Positions 35,903 to 47,900 of a stretch of DNA of 64,000 bases are shown in pieces. The position numbers and the translations under genes were made by a program. This DNA is from Raillietiella orientalis. Taxonomy: Eukaryota. Below the pieces are notes generated by a model, which did no database searches, had not been told where the DNA came from, and was given only the letters and a program-made list of their open reading frames with translations. The stretch lies in assembly GCA_036172245.1 (NCBI GenBank), contig JAYWIR010000016.1, positions 248,001-312,000 on the forward strand, given 5' to 3'. Position 1 is the stretch's first letter; every line of letters starts with the position of its first letter.

Positions 35903-38900
35903 TTATCCCGCAAGCAGCCCCAGCCACATGTAGAAGCAGCACGTGTTGACGAAATCCTCGACCAGGGATTGGGTGGCGTCCTCCAGGGAAATGCGCTCGT
36001 TGCTCGCTTTGTGCTGCCTGCTCCTCTCCCGGTAGACCACGTGGATCTCCTAAGGTAGCAGTGGTGGCGGCGGTGTTCATGGCGATGACGCTGCGTGCAG
36101 CAACCCTCCCGTTTCCCTCCCCCCCCCCCCGCCTCGCCATCGGCGCCTCCCTCTCCCCTCGTTGTCGCGCGCTGACTCACCCCTTTGTCGTGATGGGTGT
36201 CCGTGGTGAGCATGATGAACGAGTCCGAGTGGCGCTGGTTGAGGATCAGCAGGAAGCGCGAGGAGTTGTCCGGCGAGCAGAACAGACGGTGGACGTTGGC
36301 GTACTTCGCCATGAGGTGCCTCTCCAGGCCCTGGTACCACAGCAGCGGGCGGTTGTCGAACTGCGAAAGCAGGGGGTCGATCTCGCTCAGGGGGCGCTTC
36401 ACGACCAGGCCGAAAAGCTCCTTGAAGTCGGGGAACGCGAAGGGAGAGTCCCTGTCGGAGACCTGCAGGCGCTTCCACAGCCAGTCCCTCCGGCAGTGCA
36501 CGATCACCTCGCGCAGCATCTGCGCGAGCTGCGTCTTGGTCTCGGCCACTTGCTGCAGGAGCTCTTCCTGCATCACCTGCTCGTACTGGGAATAGAAGCC
36601 CGTGTACGTGGTGGGCTCCTGCTTGATGCCGGTCAGCGCAGCGTCCACCGTCTTCTCGGGCGCGTGCTCCCCGGGCTCGCCGCCCCCGCCCCCGCCGCCG
36701 ACGAAGGAATCCGCGACCACGGTGCGGAACCTGCCCAGGCGGCCCGTCTGCAGCTTGGGATACGTCTCCCTGCAGCTGGTGAGGAGCACGAAGAAGCGCA
36801 GGTGCAGCGTGCTCGCGGTGTCGCCGGACGACGTCTTGGCGTCGTGCGCGACCAGCAGCGTCGTGTACAGCTCCTCGCTCTGCGTGACGTCGTACACGAT
36901 GCGCTTGCTGTGGACTCGGGTCAGCACGAAGTCAGAGCGGCGCTCCGCGGTGACCATGCGCAGCACCCTCAGGTCGTAGGCGTGGTTGTGCGCCAGCAGG
37001 TAGTTGAACAGTTCGAGGGGCGTGGTGAGGATGCTGGAAACCTCCAGGATCCCCTGGTGCAAAAAGTTCCGGGAAAAGCTGGGCGCCTTCGTGTAGTACA
37101 CCAGGAAGTCTTCGAGGAAGCTCACGAGGTGGTACCCCTGCTTGAAGAGGAGCTGCCTCCCGGAGACGTACGACTGGATGATGCGGAGGTGGTAGTCGTA
37201 CGTGAAGGAGTGCAGGTGGATCCACGTGGTGAGCATCTCGCTCTCGGCGATGAAGGACCGGAGGTGATCTTCCTGCTTCGGGTCGAGGCGGGAGGGCTCC
37301 AGGCCGTACAGCTTCACCGCGAAGAAAGGCTTGCGGATGTCGAACACCAGCAGGAAGACTCCGGCCAGGGCGTTCTCGCTGGCCGGGACGCAGAAGGTCC
37401 GCTGCATGCAGGCGCTCTTCCGGAAGCGCTCGCTGCGGTAGGGCGGTAGGGAGAGGGGGGGATGGGGGTGGAGGGCGACGAGCGAGCCAGCGAGCAGCTC
37501 GTCTCCTCCCGGTGCGTACTCACGCCTTTCGGAGGGTGGCGGGCGTCGGCAGGACGACGAAGGCCAGGCTCTGCATGTACTGGATGAACTCGGCCACGTA
37601 GTTGTCGCACAGGGGCTCGAACCAGACGTCGTCCCCGAGGACGAGGGAAGGGGGCTGCTGGGAGGACGCGCGATCTTCCGCGTCGGCCGCGTGGTGGTGG
37701 CTCCTCTGCAGGGGATGGCTCCTGGCGCAGGCCGCGTGGTAGCGCCAGCTGGGCAGGAACAGCAGCGGAGTGAGGACGAAGTGGAGGAGCCGGCATCTGT
37801 GCAGCAGGACCGACGGCAGGAATCCGGACTGCTCCGTTGGCATCATGGATCCCGCGTGGGCCTGCTGAAACTGCCGGACGCGCCGCTTCCACTCTACGAG
37901 AGGGGGAGGGGTAGAGAGAGAGAGACCGACGGTCACGCCTCCGGACGCGCGTGTGTAGCGCGGACGCCGACGGACGCCCGCGCGAGCACTTACCCTCCTT
38001 CTCGTCCTTGTGCATCGTCAGCGCCTGGTGGCAGCACCGGTACACGACGTCCTTCTCCAGCCGGTCGGCGGTCAGGTGCAGCGGCTGCGACGGGTGTGCG
38101 TCCCTGCGGCAGGGGAGAAACCGTCCCACCCGCACTCCGCAGCATCGGCGAGCGGGCGACTCTTCCGCAGCGCCATCTGCCCCCCCCCCCTCCCAATCCG
38201 CCACCTGTATATCTTGCAGTAGCTGGCCTGCTGCTCCTGGCTGCTCATCTCCTGCCTGCTGGGGTGCCTGACGAGCTCCCGTATGCGCGGGCTGTGTCCT
38301 TTGACCAGCATGGTGACCTGAAAATCAGACTGCGGCGCGCGGTGGAGGCTTCCCGCGCTCGACCCCGCCCACACTCCTCCTACCCGTGAACAGGAAGTGG
38401 CAGTCCAGTTCCCGGAGCTGGAGGAAGGCGAGGTGGTGGTGGCGGCGGCGGTCCAGGAGGAGGAGGCGGCGGCGGTCGGGCGATGGAAGAAGGGCTGATG
38501 GAAGAACAGTCCCATCTTCTGCGCGACGAACGAGCGGAGCACGGCGATGCGTCCGTCCAGCCAGAGCGCCAGCCTGCTGAGCTCCTTGCAGACGTCCTCC
38601 CAATGGTCCCAGTTGTACATGAAGACGCGGATCTGGGAGGAAGGGGGGGGGGGTAGGGAGCCCAAGATGGGATGAGACGGCGGGAGTGCCTCAGCCGGTG
38701 TGCTCACCTGCTTTCCCGCCAAGACCGCCTGCAGGAAGGACCGCTGCGGACGGCGGTGAGCGGGCCTGGGGAGTGCACCCTTCGCTTGGGTCTGCCCTCC
38801 GTCCTCCGTCCTCTCTGCAAGAAAGGAACGAGGGGGAGGTGGAAGTGGGTTCCGCCCCCGCTACCTTTGGGGTGGGCAGGAGGCTCCAGCTCGGAGGAAT

Positions 38901-41900
38901 CCTTCCTCTTCGAGAAGCCAGGTCTCTCCGAGGCCAGTAGCACGCAAGGGGGTCGCCGCTCGGTGATGTCGTCTTCGGCGGAGAGAGGGGGGCACCAGCT
39001 GTCTTCCTCGCAGAGAACGAAAGGACCGCCCCCCCGTCCGCCGGGCTCCTGAACGAAGAGGTGCACGCCGCAGTGCTTGCTGGCTAGGTCGGACGCCATC
39101 TCCTTCAGGAAGATGCCCTCCGAGAAGCTGGCGAGAGGCAGGGGAAAGAAAGCAGTGCCGTTGCCCGGCTGTCCTGCTCCCCCCCCCCCCCCCCCCTAGG
39201 GGACGTCCCCCTTCCTCTTCCCTCGCTCACCGGGAGTTCAGGTCCACCGCGTGCGTCTTGAGCGAGGGTGCGCCCAGCCTCTCCCCATAGCGCAGCCATC
39301 GCTCCATTGCCTCGAACTGCTGCGCCGAGACCTCGCGCACCAGCTGCTGCTGCGGCCTCTCCGGGCTCTTCCGCCCGCAGACTTGCTGCTGCTGATGCGC
39401 GCCACCGCCCCCGGGAGTCGCCGTCGCCTTCAGATCTGCAGGCGGGAAGAGAGGCCGAGCGACCGCTTCAGAGCGCAGCCGCAACAGCAGAGGTGGGGTG
39501 GAGGTGGGGGGTAGGATGAGGAGGAGGAAGAAGAAGAAGCCGCCCAGCGCCCAAGCACCGCTTCCCCACGCCTGCAGCCCACAAGCCCGTCCGCCACCGT
39601 CAAGCCCTCGTCACCTCCCAGAGGAAAGCAGATGCTTTCTTTCTTTCTTTCTCTTTTTGGTCTGTCTCTTTTACCCGGGGACCCGCCTTCCTGGGGGTCG
39701 GTCCTGCCAGGCCGGTGACCCAGGAAGCCGGCGAAAGAGATCGACTTGGAGCGGGGACGCTCGTAGCCCCTGGAGCGCGGGGACCACGCCGAGGACGCAT
39801 CTCCCGCCTTGCCTGCGGCTGGAAGACACGCGGAGAGTGGAAGGGAGGGAGAAGAAGAGGGGAGAGAAAGGGGGGCAGCCCCTCCGCTCGCCCCTAGCCC
39901 CTCGCTCCGCCCGCGGGCGTGCGCGCCTCACCTAACGCCACGGGGGAGGCCGGCTCGGAGCAGGTGCAGCAGGAAACGCAGGTGCAGCACTGCTGCAGGT
40001 CGGTGGCGACGGGGACGTCCAGGCAGAGGGGGGTCGGGACCACCCCCCGCTCCGTGAAGAGGTCCCACAGGGCGTGCCGGACGCATCGCTGCAGCGCCTG
40101 CCGCAGGGACTCCAGCCCGACGTTGCCTTTCTCCCAGATGCGGAAGCGCACAGTCACTGAAAAGTCCACGGGATAAGACAGCTGCTGCTGCCACCGCCCC
40201 CCCCCCCCTCCGGGAGGGCCAGGGCCGCCTACCGGGGCTTCCGGGAACCGCCGGGTAGTGCGCGTCCGTCAGCTCGTCGAAGCGCGCCGTCTCCTCCTCC
40301 TCGCCGCCACTGCCGTCGTCGTCTGCGGAGCGAACCCCCGAGGGGAGGGGAGGAGGTCCTCTTCCTGAGGGCAGGGAGGAGGAGATCCTCATGGTGATGC
40401 AGGCGATGCCGCGGCTGCCCGCCACCTGGGGCCGGTTGTACAGGAACACGTCGTGCACGCACTCCGAGGGCTGCCTGCCCGGCTCGCCGATGTCCTGGGG
40501 ATGGGAAGCAGGGAAGGGGAAAATCATGTGTAACGGTCCCCCTTTCCCCCTTCCTACCTGGAACTGGTCCTGCGTCCCGTCCAAGTAATTGGGGTAGATG
40601 AGGAAGCTGCCCAGGTTCTGCTGCAGGCATGCATGGAACTCCTCCAGGAAGGGCAGGACGCGCTCGGACCGCACACCGAACTGGAGAGAAGGAAGGGGTT
40701 GTGCGTGGGCAGGGGAGAGGGGGAGGGACGCAAGGGCACGGGACGAACCTCGAAGGTGGCGGAAGGAGGCGCGCCAGGAGCCTGGATGAAGCGGACGTCC
40801 TCGGAGGTCAGCTTGAACTTGGCGTGCCGGGACAGCGCCCGCGCGATGAAGTCCAGGATGGCCTCGTCCAGGCGACTCTGCAGGGCTTCCCGGAGCTTCT
40901 CCTTGATCATGGGACCTGGACGGGAGCACGTGCCGGAGGGCAAGCAGGGTGAGTCGCTTGCTCCTCCACGCTGCGCCATGAGCGACCGGCGGGCAACCGC
41001 GCGGAAGGAGACGCCGGGAGCCTCCAGGGAGTCGAAGGGCCGAAAGACGGAGAAGAGTGGCTGCCCACGGGCCGAACACCAGAGATGGAGGATCCTCCCG
41101 CCGACCTCCGCTATGGGCCCCGTCCCCCGAAAAGATCTCCACGGCGGACGTGAGGGGAAAGAGGGGGAGGGGAGGGGGATGCGCGCGACCACGCGCACGC
41201 CCACCGCGCGATCTCGACGCTGGAAGACGCGCCTCTCCTTCCTCCACGTTTCCTGCTTGCCGGCCGCCGCGAGCGGGATTCTAGGAGTTCCGGGAGCGAG
41301 AGGTCGGGGCGCAAAGCGCCCACTGAGGCAGGGAAAGGAGCGAAGAAGAGCGGGAGCAGCGGGTGAAGAGGAGTCGATGCGTCTCTCTCCCTGCGTGCGC
41401 CCTGGACCTGGGCTGGTCCAACCGGTCGCTCCGCGGCACGCGCGCTCTCTCTCCCGTTCCTGCCGCACCCCGCCCTCGCCTTCGCCGGCAGCGAGCTTTC
41501 CGGGGAAACGCGCGTCCCTTCCCTCGGTCTACCTGGTTCCGAGACGCCGTGCACGGTCAGGATCATGTACTCCTGGGTCTGCTTGGCGTGCTTTCCCGAC
41601 GGCGCCCTGGCGAGGGGCTCCTGGAAAAAGAACGGGAGCGAATGCCTGCGGGCGATTCCGGGCTAGCGAGCGACTTCGCCGCCACGCGGGGGGGACCTGG
41701 CGAGGTCTCGGACTTACGAAGGAAGGTGCCTCCTGCGGCTGGGGCTGGGGCAGCACCTCCGCCGGAGCCGGTTTTCGCTCCGTGCCGCCGCTGACCACCT
41801 GCTTCTGCCTCAGGCTGACCGAAAACGCAAAGACAAAGAACCGTTTTTTTGTTTCGTTTTGTTCAGTGGGACAGTTGAGAGGGAAAGGGCGAGAGAATGA

Positions 41901-44900
41901 TCTGCAAGCTACCGGAGGTAGAAGACATTGGCGTCTTCCTGGTAGACGAACATGTTCTTCCTGTTGGTGACCGAGAAGGTCTCGAGGACGTCCAGCATCG
42001 CCTGCATGCCGCTGTAGGTAGCCGAGCCGGATTTCAGCCGGGGATGAAGCAGGAACTGGTGCTCCCACACGACGCTGCACGCGAACGCTCCGGGATGGAA
42101 CGCCAGCTTGCCGTCTGCGCTCTCGGACGCTTCCTCGGAGTCTGCAAAAGGGGCACTTCTGCATGTCGAGAAAAAAAGGGAGGCGGCGGTGGAAAGAAGA
42201 AGCGCGAAAAGATGGGCGCCCACGCTTGAGCCTCTCCTAGGCACAGCCGGTGCCACGACCATCCACTTGGAAATGGTTCCTTATTTCCGAATTTGCCTTT
42301 GCACAATTCCTCCCCTTCGAGTTTCCGCGACGACCCGGCTGCCCTCGTTCGGCGCCCATCGAACCGTGGACGGACGGGATGGCGGAAAACGACGAACCCT
42401 CCGGCGGCGACCTTCGCGAGTTCTCTGGGCGTTCGAGGAACTGCGGGTTCCGCGTGGGGCGAGTCGGGACCGCAAGCCGGCCGAGATCCGCTGCTAGAAG
42501 GGGGACAGCGTCATCGTCATGGTAGCTCCGCTTCGGAAGCATCCCTGGTTTTCACAGAGCATCCTAACGTTTCCGAAATTTCGTAATCGGTGTCGGAACT
42601 CACACATGGAGAGACACAGAGAGCAACGGAAAGTGCGCGGCGGCAATAAAGCGGGAATCATTATCTTGAAACAATCACATCTCGATCTAACTGCTGCAAA
42701 TGACGTCGAAAGTCCTGAAAAACTTCAAGGTGAAGAACTCTAATGGCAAGACCGCAAACATTACTACATCTGCAAAAACGTACCGCCAGGCGTCTCTTCC
42801 AATCGCTCTGTATCAAAAGAAATTTGCAGATTTTCACGAGCAAACCCAAAGTTGCCTTCTCGTAATCGGCCTTTTTTTTGTTTTTGGAAAAACCCAACCA
42901 ACTTGCAGTAGGAAGCTGTCAAGAAGTCTACGGAAGCACTGCCACGAGAGTTTTCAGGGTGCTTCCAAAACATTTGACAAAAGGTGGCATTTCGATGCAT
43001 TTGTCTTTTTTTTTCTTTCTTTTCTTGCTTCCTTTTTTTTTTTGCATTCCTTTCTGCGTTCATGATCCAGAGATCCCGAAAATACAAGAGAGACCTGGCA
43101 ACATTGAAACGAGGCCTACGTTCGTCGTTTCCGAGCAACTTGATCGAGTGGGGCGCGCTCATCACGTGACAATGAAGCAACGCAGAAGCGGAAGGAAAAT
43201 GGCGCCCCGCGCGTTCGTACGCCTCGAGCCGAAACCTCGTGCTGACGTTCACGTGCGCCGAGCGCCCTGTGCACACGACGCAATGCATTTCGAAAAAAAC
43301 AAACAGCCTGCGACTGCAAAGGGGGGGGAGGGGGGGGGGAAATCCCTCTACGCCGTGCTTCGCAGTGAAAGCCCTTCCGAGAAAAGATTTTTTTCCCCCT
43401 CTGCCAGTCGGTTCAGGAGGTGCTCCTCGTGTACACGGAAGTCCTTGTACGGGAGGCGCCCCCCCCCCCCCCTTCTGCGATCCCGGCGTCTGCGAGGAAC
43501 ACGGGAAACATATCCCCCGCCGTCGTTGGGGATTCCATGGAAGGGGCACGGTGTCCACCGTCCACGTTGATCCACCGCCTGTGGGATCCGAAAGCCGAGC
43601 CGACACGAAGCTGCGCTAACCGCCCTTTCCTGCCATTCGTCATCCAGGTGAAACGTGTACCGTGTCGAGTGTTTTGGCATAGGGTCAGGCCCCTGGGCAC
43701 AGGGCGGTGCACTTCGTCTCTCCGTAGACACTTTGTGCACCGCTGTTTCCGAATTTGTGTTTCCCTCCCCAGTAAATTGTTCTCAGAATGTTCACGACGT
43801 ATTTCTCGCTCTGTTTCTTTTCCTTTTCCTTCCTTCCTTTCTTTCTTTTTCTTTTCTTGGAGAGAGCGAGCGAAGCAAAAAACGGAAAGCGGGGGGGGGG
43901 GGAGAAAAAAAGGGAGGAAAAATTCTCCTTCCGCCTGTGGCACAAGCGGAGGGAGAAGTCTGCTCTGTGCTGCCTGCAGATCCTTTTCCGAATCGAATCA
44001 AAAAATCCCCCCCTCCCCCCCTCCGACAGAGCCGTCCTCTCAAGAGTCACTGCGCCTTGCAGCCGCAGCCTCCGAAGCCGAGGAGATCCACGTCGAGTAC
44101 GTCGAATTCATTCCCGCCGACGACCGACCCCCACGACGGCTGCGACGCTCGCCCCACCCCCGGCAACGCGCTGCCCCTCTTCGAATGGCAACCGTCACGG
44201 CTCGGAGCAGAAAGAGCATTCACGGGCCGCGCGGCCCTTCGATTTGCTTCCCCTTAGCATAGCGTGCTCGGCCGGCAGCATCAATCCGCAGATGTAATCA
44301 ATTTTCATCTGCTCGGCCTCGCGTTTCTTTTTTGCCCGGCCGCATAAACCTGATCCGTGATGAGCGCGGATGGGGAGGAGGGCCGCTGATTCCGGGTGAA
44401 CTTTCTCGCAAGCCTCCCCTCCCCCCTCCCCCTTCCGCCCCTTTGAGAAACGCGCGCTGGACAACGCCGTCTGCGGAGAAATTTTTGATCGAAACTTTGG
44501 AAAACACTGCGGCGGATGCCGCAGCGCAGGCACGTGGACCAATTTTATTGGGAGCGAGGAGGAGGAAGGGGGGGGGGGGAATGGGCAGAGCCTTACTCGG
44601 AAGTAGCTGTTCTCCCAACATAGCAGGCTGTTGGTTGCCCTTCAGCTTCCGCAAAGACGCAACGCGTGTGAACGCACGCAACCAACGCGGTACACACGGG
44701 AGCGCGCGCAACTCCCGGATCGGAATCGGGGAACGCGCACACATGGGGGGGGGGGGGGGGACGAAGAATGGCACAAAAGTAGTCCGTGTCATTCTTCGGA
44801 GCGTTTCGCTGGGATGCGAGCATCTGGTTCGTCACCAACCCATTCCTGGAATTCCTGAGCTGGACGCTTCCGAACGGGGTTCCCTTGCTTTTCGTGCGAG

Positions 44901-47900
44901 AGAAACGAGGAAAAAGGGAAGGGAGGAGTGCTGTTTGCTTTACGAAAGCCGCCGCCCCCACCCCCATCTCGCAAAGCTAGTCCTCCCTCCCTCATCCCCG
45001 TGTCTTCCCGACGCATTGGGTGCAGCTCGAGGAACACTGCGGTGGTGGGTTCGGATCCGTGCACCTTCCGAGAGACAGCGCTCGCCCAACTATGCCCTCT
45101 CTCCTTCCTGCAGCCCCTGGACGCCCCTGCGGAATGGGAAGGACGCCCCTTGATCCGCGCCTCGCTCTCCCGGAATCGCGCTTACGTCCGAGTGTCTCCC
45201 AGCCTTTTCCCGATCCGCCTGCACGGGAGGAGGGACTCCGCCTCGAGGTCTCTGGAGTTCTCCGGGAGGGAACACGGCCGCCCTTTCGCGAGTCCCTCCG
45301 ACCCCCCCCTCCTTCCCCGAAAAAGCAACTCGAATCGGATCGGGTGGCCACCGCCGGTTCGCCTCTTCCCCGCGGCCCCGGGGCGGGGGGCCGGGGAGCG
45401 TCCCCCAGCCCCAGGGTTCCTCCGTCGCGGGCCCGTAGCAGTTCGCCGGCAGAGCGGTGGAATCTGCGGTATCGCGAAACTTCGTTTCTCAACTTCTCAT
45501 GGGGTGAGAGGAAAGGGCTGCCCAAAGGAAACACGAAAAGGGGGAAGAATTTCCTTCCCTCCTACACCATCGCTTTCTCTCCTTTTTTTTTTTATTTTTT
45601 TTTTTTGGGCGCGTACGTGCGTGTTTTTTTCCAGTTTTTTTTTTTTTTTCCTCTTTTCGCTTCCGCGATGACGCGAGCGGAACACAAAGAAGGCACGTGC
45701 ACGGTTTCTCGTACCCTTGGCAGCAGGGATGACGTCATTGGCGATTGGCGAAGCGCAGACGGCCGCGGCCAGCCCCCCCCGTATATGGGCATCCACTTCC
45801 GTCGTCACCCTATCATCATCATCATCATCGGCGGCGACAGCCACCTTCCCCGCTCGCGCAGCGTTCGCACACTCGAAGAGCGCAGCGCCACGACGGAGCG
45901 GCGGGACGGGGCGGAACGTCGCGCCAGCCCGGAGATACTGCAGCGACCGCTCCCTCACTCCTACATCCAAGCGCCCCCCCCCCGCCCCTCTCTCTCCCTC
46001 AGTGCGGCCCAGTGCTCTGGCGACCTGTTTGAGCCAGGTTGCTGCCTGGAACGCGCGCGCACACGGGACGCCGCAGCGGACTCTCCAGGGAGGGGAGACA
46101 CGTGACGAACGAGAGATCCCCCGTTTGGCTGAGCGCGTGGTCCCAGCGTTTCCATGGAGCGAGGACGAGAGGCACTTTGACTCAGAGGTGGGAAGGGATT
46201 CTTCTCTCCAGCTGCGAGGCGTCCTCAATCCCCTCACAGGGCCCTGTCGGGATTCGGGGACTGGAGGGGCGCAGGGAGTTCGAAGGCCGGGAAGAGGAGT
46301 GCAGGGGCGTTCGTGGTGCCGGTTGACACTGGCAGCAGGGGGGAGGAGGACGCCTCCTCGGTATCTGAAAGCAGCATCCGGTTTCCTGCGGCATCTGCCC
46401 TGGGACCTTTCCGAGGACTCCTCCAGGGTTTACCAGCTCCGCCGCCGCGGCCCCCTCCCCTGCCGGCTCCTCCCTCCCTCCCTCCAGAAGTCGACGGCGC
46501 GAACGCCCACGCCACCCTCTCCTCTGAGTCGACTAGCGCACTCGGTAGAGGCAAAGGGGAGAGCGCCGAGCACGGCCCTTTCGTCCCCCTCCCCGGGGGC
46601 ATCAGCTCGAAGGACAGCGAGCAGCGCAACGCTTGGCAGAGGACGCCGGGCTCGAAAAGAGCTGGGACGGCAGGAAGGGCGCCGTCCTTCTCCCGATACC
46701 TCCCCTCGACGAGGGAGCTGGGAGGATGGGGCCTCAGTTTCTCCACGGCACTCTGGTTTCCCTCCCCCGTCCCGTCTAGGGAGCAGGGCTCATCTGCACG
46801 GCGGCCAAGTTCCCTCCGGGGCCGGAGGGCGCGCCTACGCCTCCAGGCCGCCCACATCCACGGGAGACGCCACGGCTGCAGCTGAGGGGGGGTCCTTTCC
46901 TGCTGAGCGGGCCCTCCAGGGGAAGGAGGAGAGTACCACCACGCCAAGGGAGGTTCCACGCTCCCCAACCTTTCCCCGACGTTCTCGGCCGAACCACGGA
47001 GCGCTCCCCTCGTGGATCCAAGGGTTCCGGGCTCAGGAGTGTTCCTGCCGCTCCTTGCTGGAGGGGACCTCTGAGAAATTGCGGCGTCCGGGCGAAACGG
47101 AGCAAGGAACGGGGGAGCTTTCCTGAGGGGAAAGGAGCGCGCCACGTCATGCACGCTTGCGCTGGCGTTCCCGGCCCCACGGTTTGGGAAGACGGGAGGA
47201 GGGAGGGCGCCCGTGGGGCACGAGTGCACCCTTGCTGCCGCCCCTTTTGGTGACCAGCGGTTCCGCAAGGTGCCACTGCTGCTGGATAGGCTTGGCAATG
47301 TGGTCCCTAGGGGGCAGGCAGGTCCTTTCCGGGGACAGGCGGGGAAGCCAACGGAAGCCGTGCGAAAATTCCTGAAGCTTCCGTGGAAATCCCAGGGGGA
47401 ATGGGGTGGAGAAGAGCGGGAAGGGAAAGGAGTTTCCGAGCGCGGCGCCCGATAGGGAGGGGCGGGGGAAGGGTCTGAGCCGATATTCGACGCGGGAGCG
47501 AAAAAACGAGCGTTTCGAGTTGGCCAAGGCGGTTGCTGCACGTATGGAGAGAGCAGGCCGCGTAGAGGGTCTCCTCCCCCCCAAGAAACAACCAAACTTT
47601 CTCTGGAGGCTTGGCGCATTCCACGGGGGGACTCTTTGCTAGTTGTCCCCCCCCCCGCTCCGTGGCTCCTTCGTGCGCGAGTTCGGCTCTCCCCTACGAT
47701 CGCGACACAGGAAGGCCATGCCGTTCTCCCTTTCGTCCTCCCCCCTCCTTTCTGCGGCCAGCTCTCCTAGTCCCACACCGGCAGGCAGACTCCATTAGCC
47801 GCCCGTCTGCTTACGGGTTCGCGCGCGCTTCCTTTCCCGGACTTCGAGTCTTCCTCTTTCGGGAGCAAACAGCGCTGTCGCACGGGTGCGCCATCCTGTC

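Noticed and set aside
36061..37449. 462-aa plus-strand ORF
   Set aside because: It is the antisense shadow of the GC3-rich SZT2 exon.
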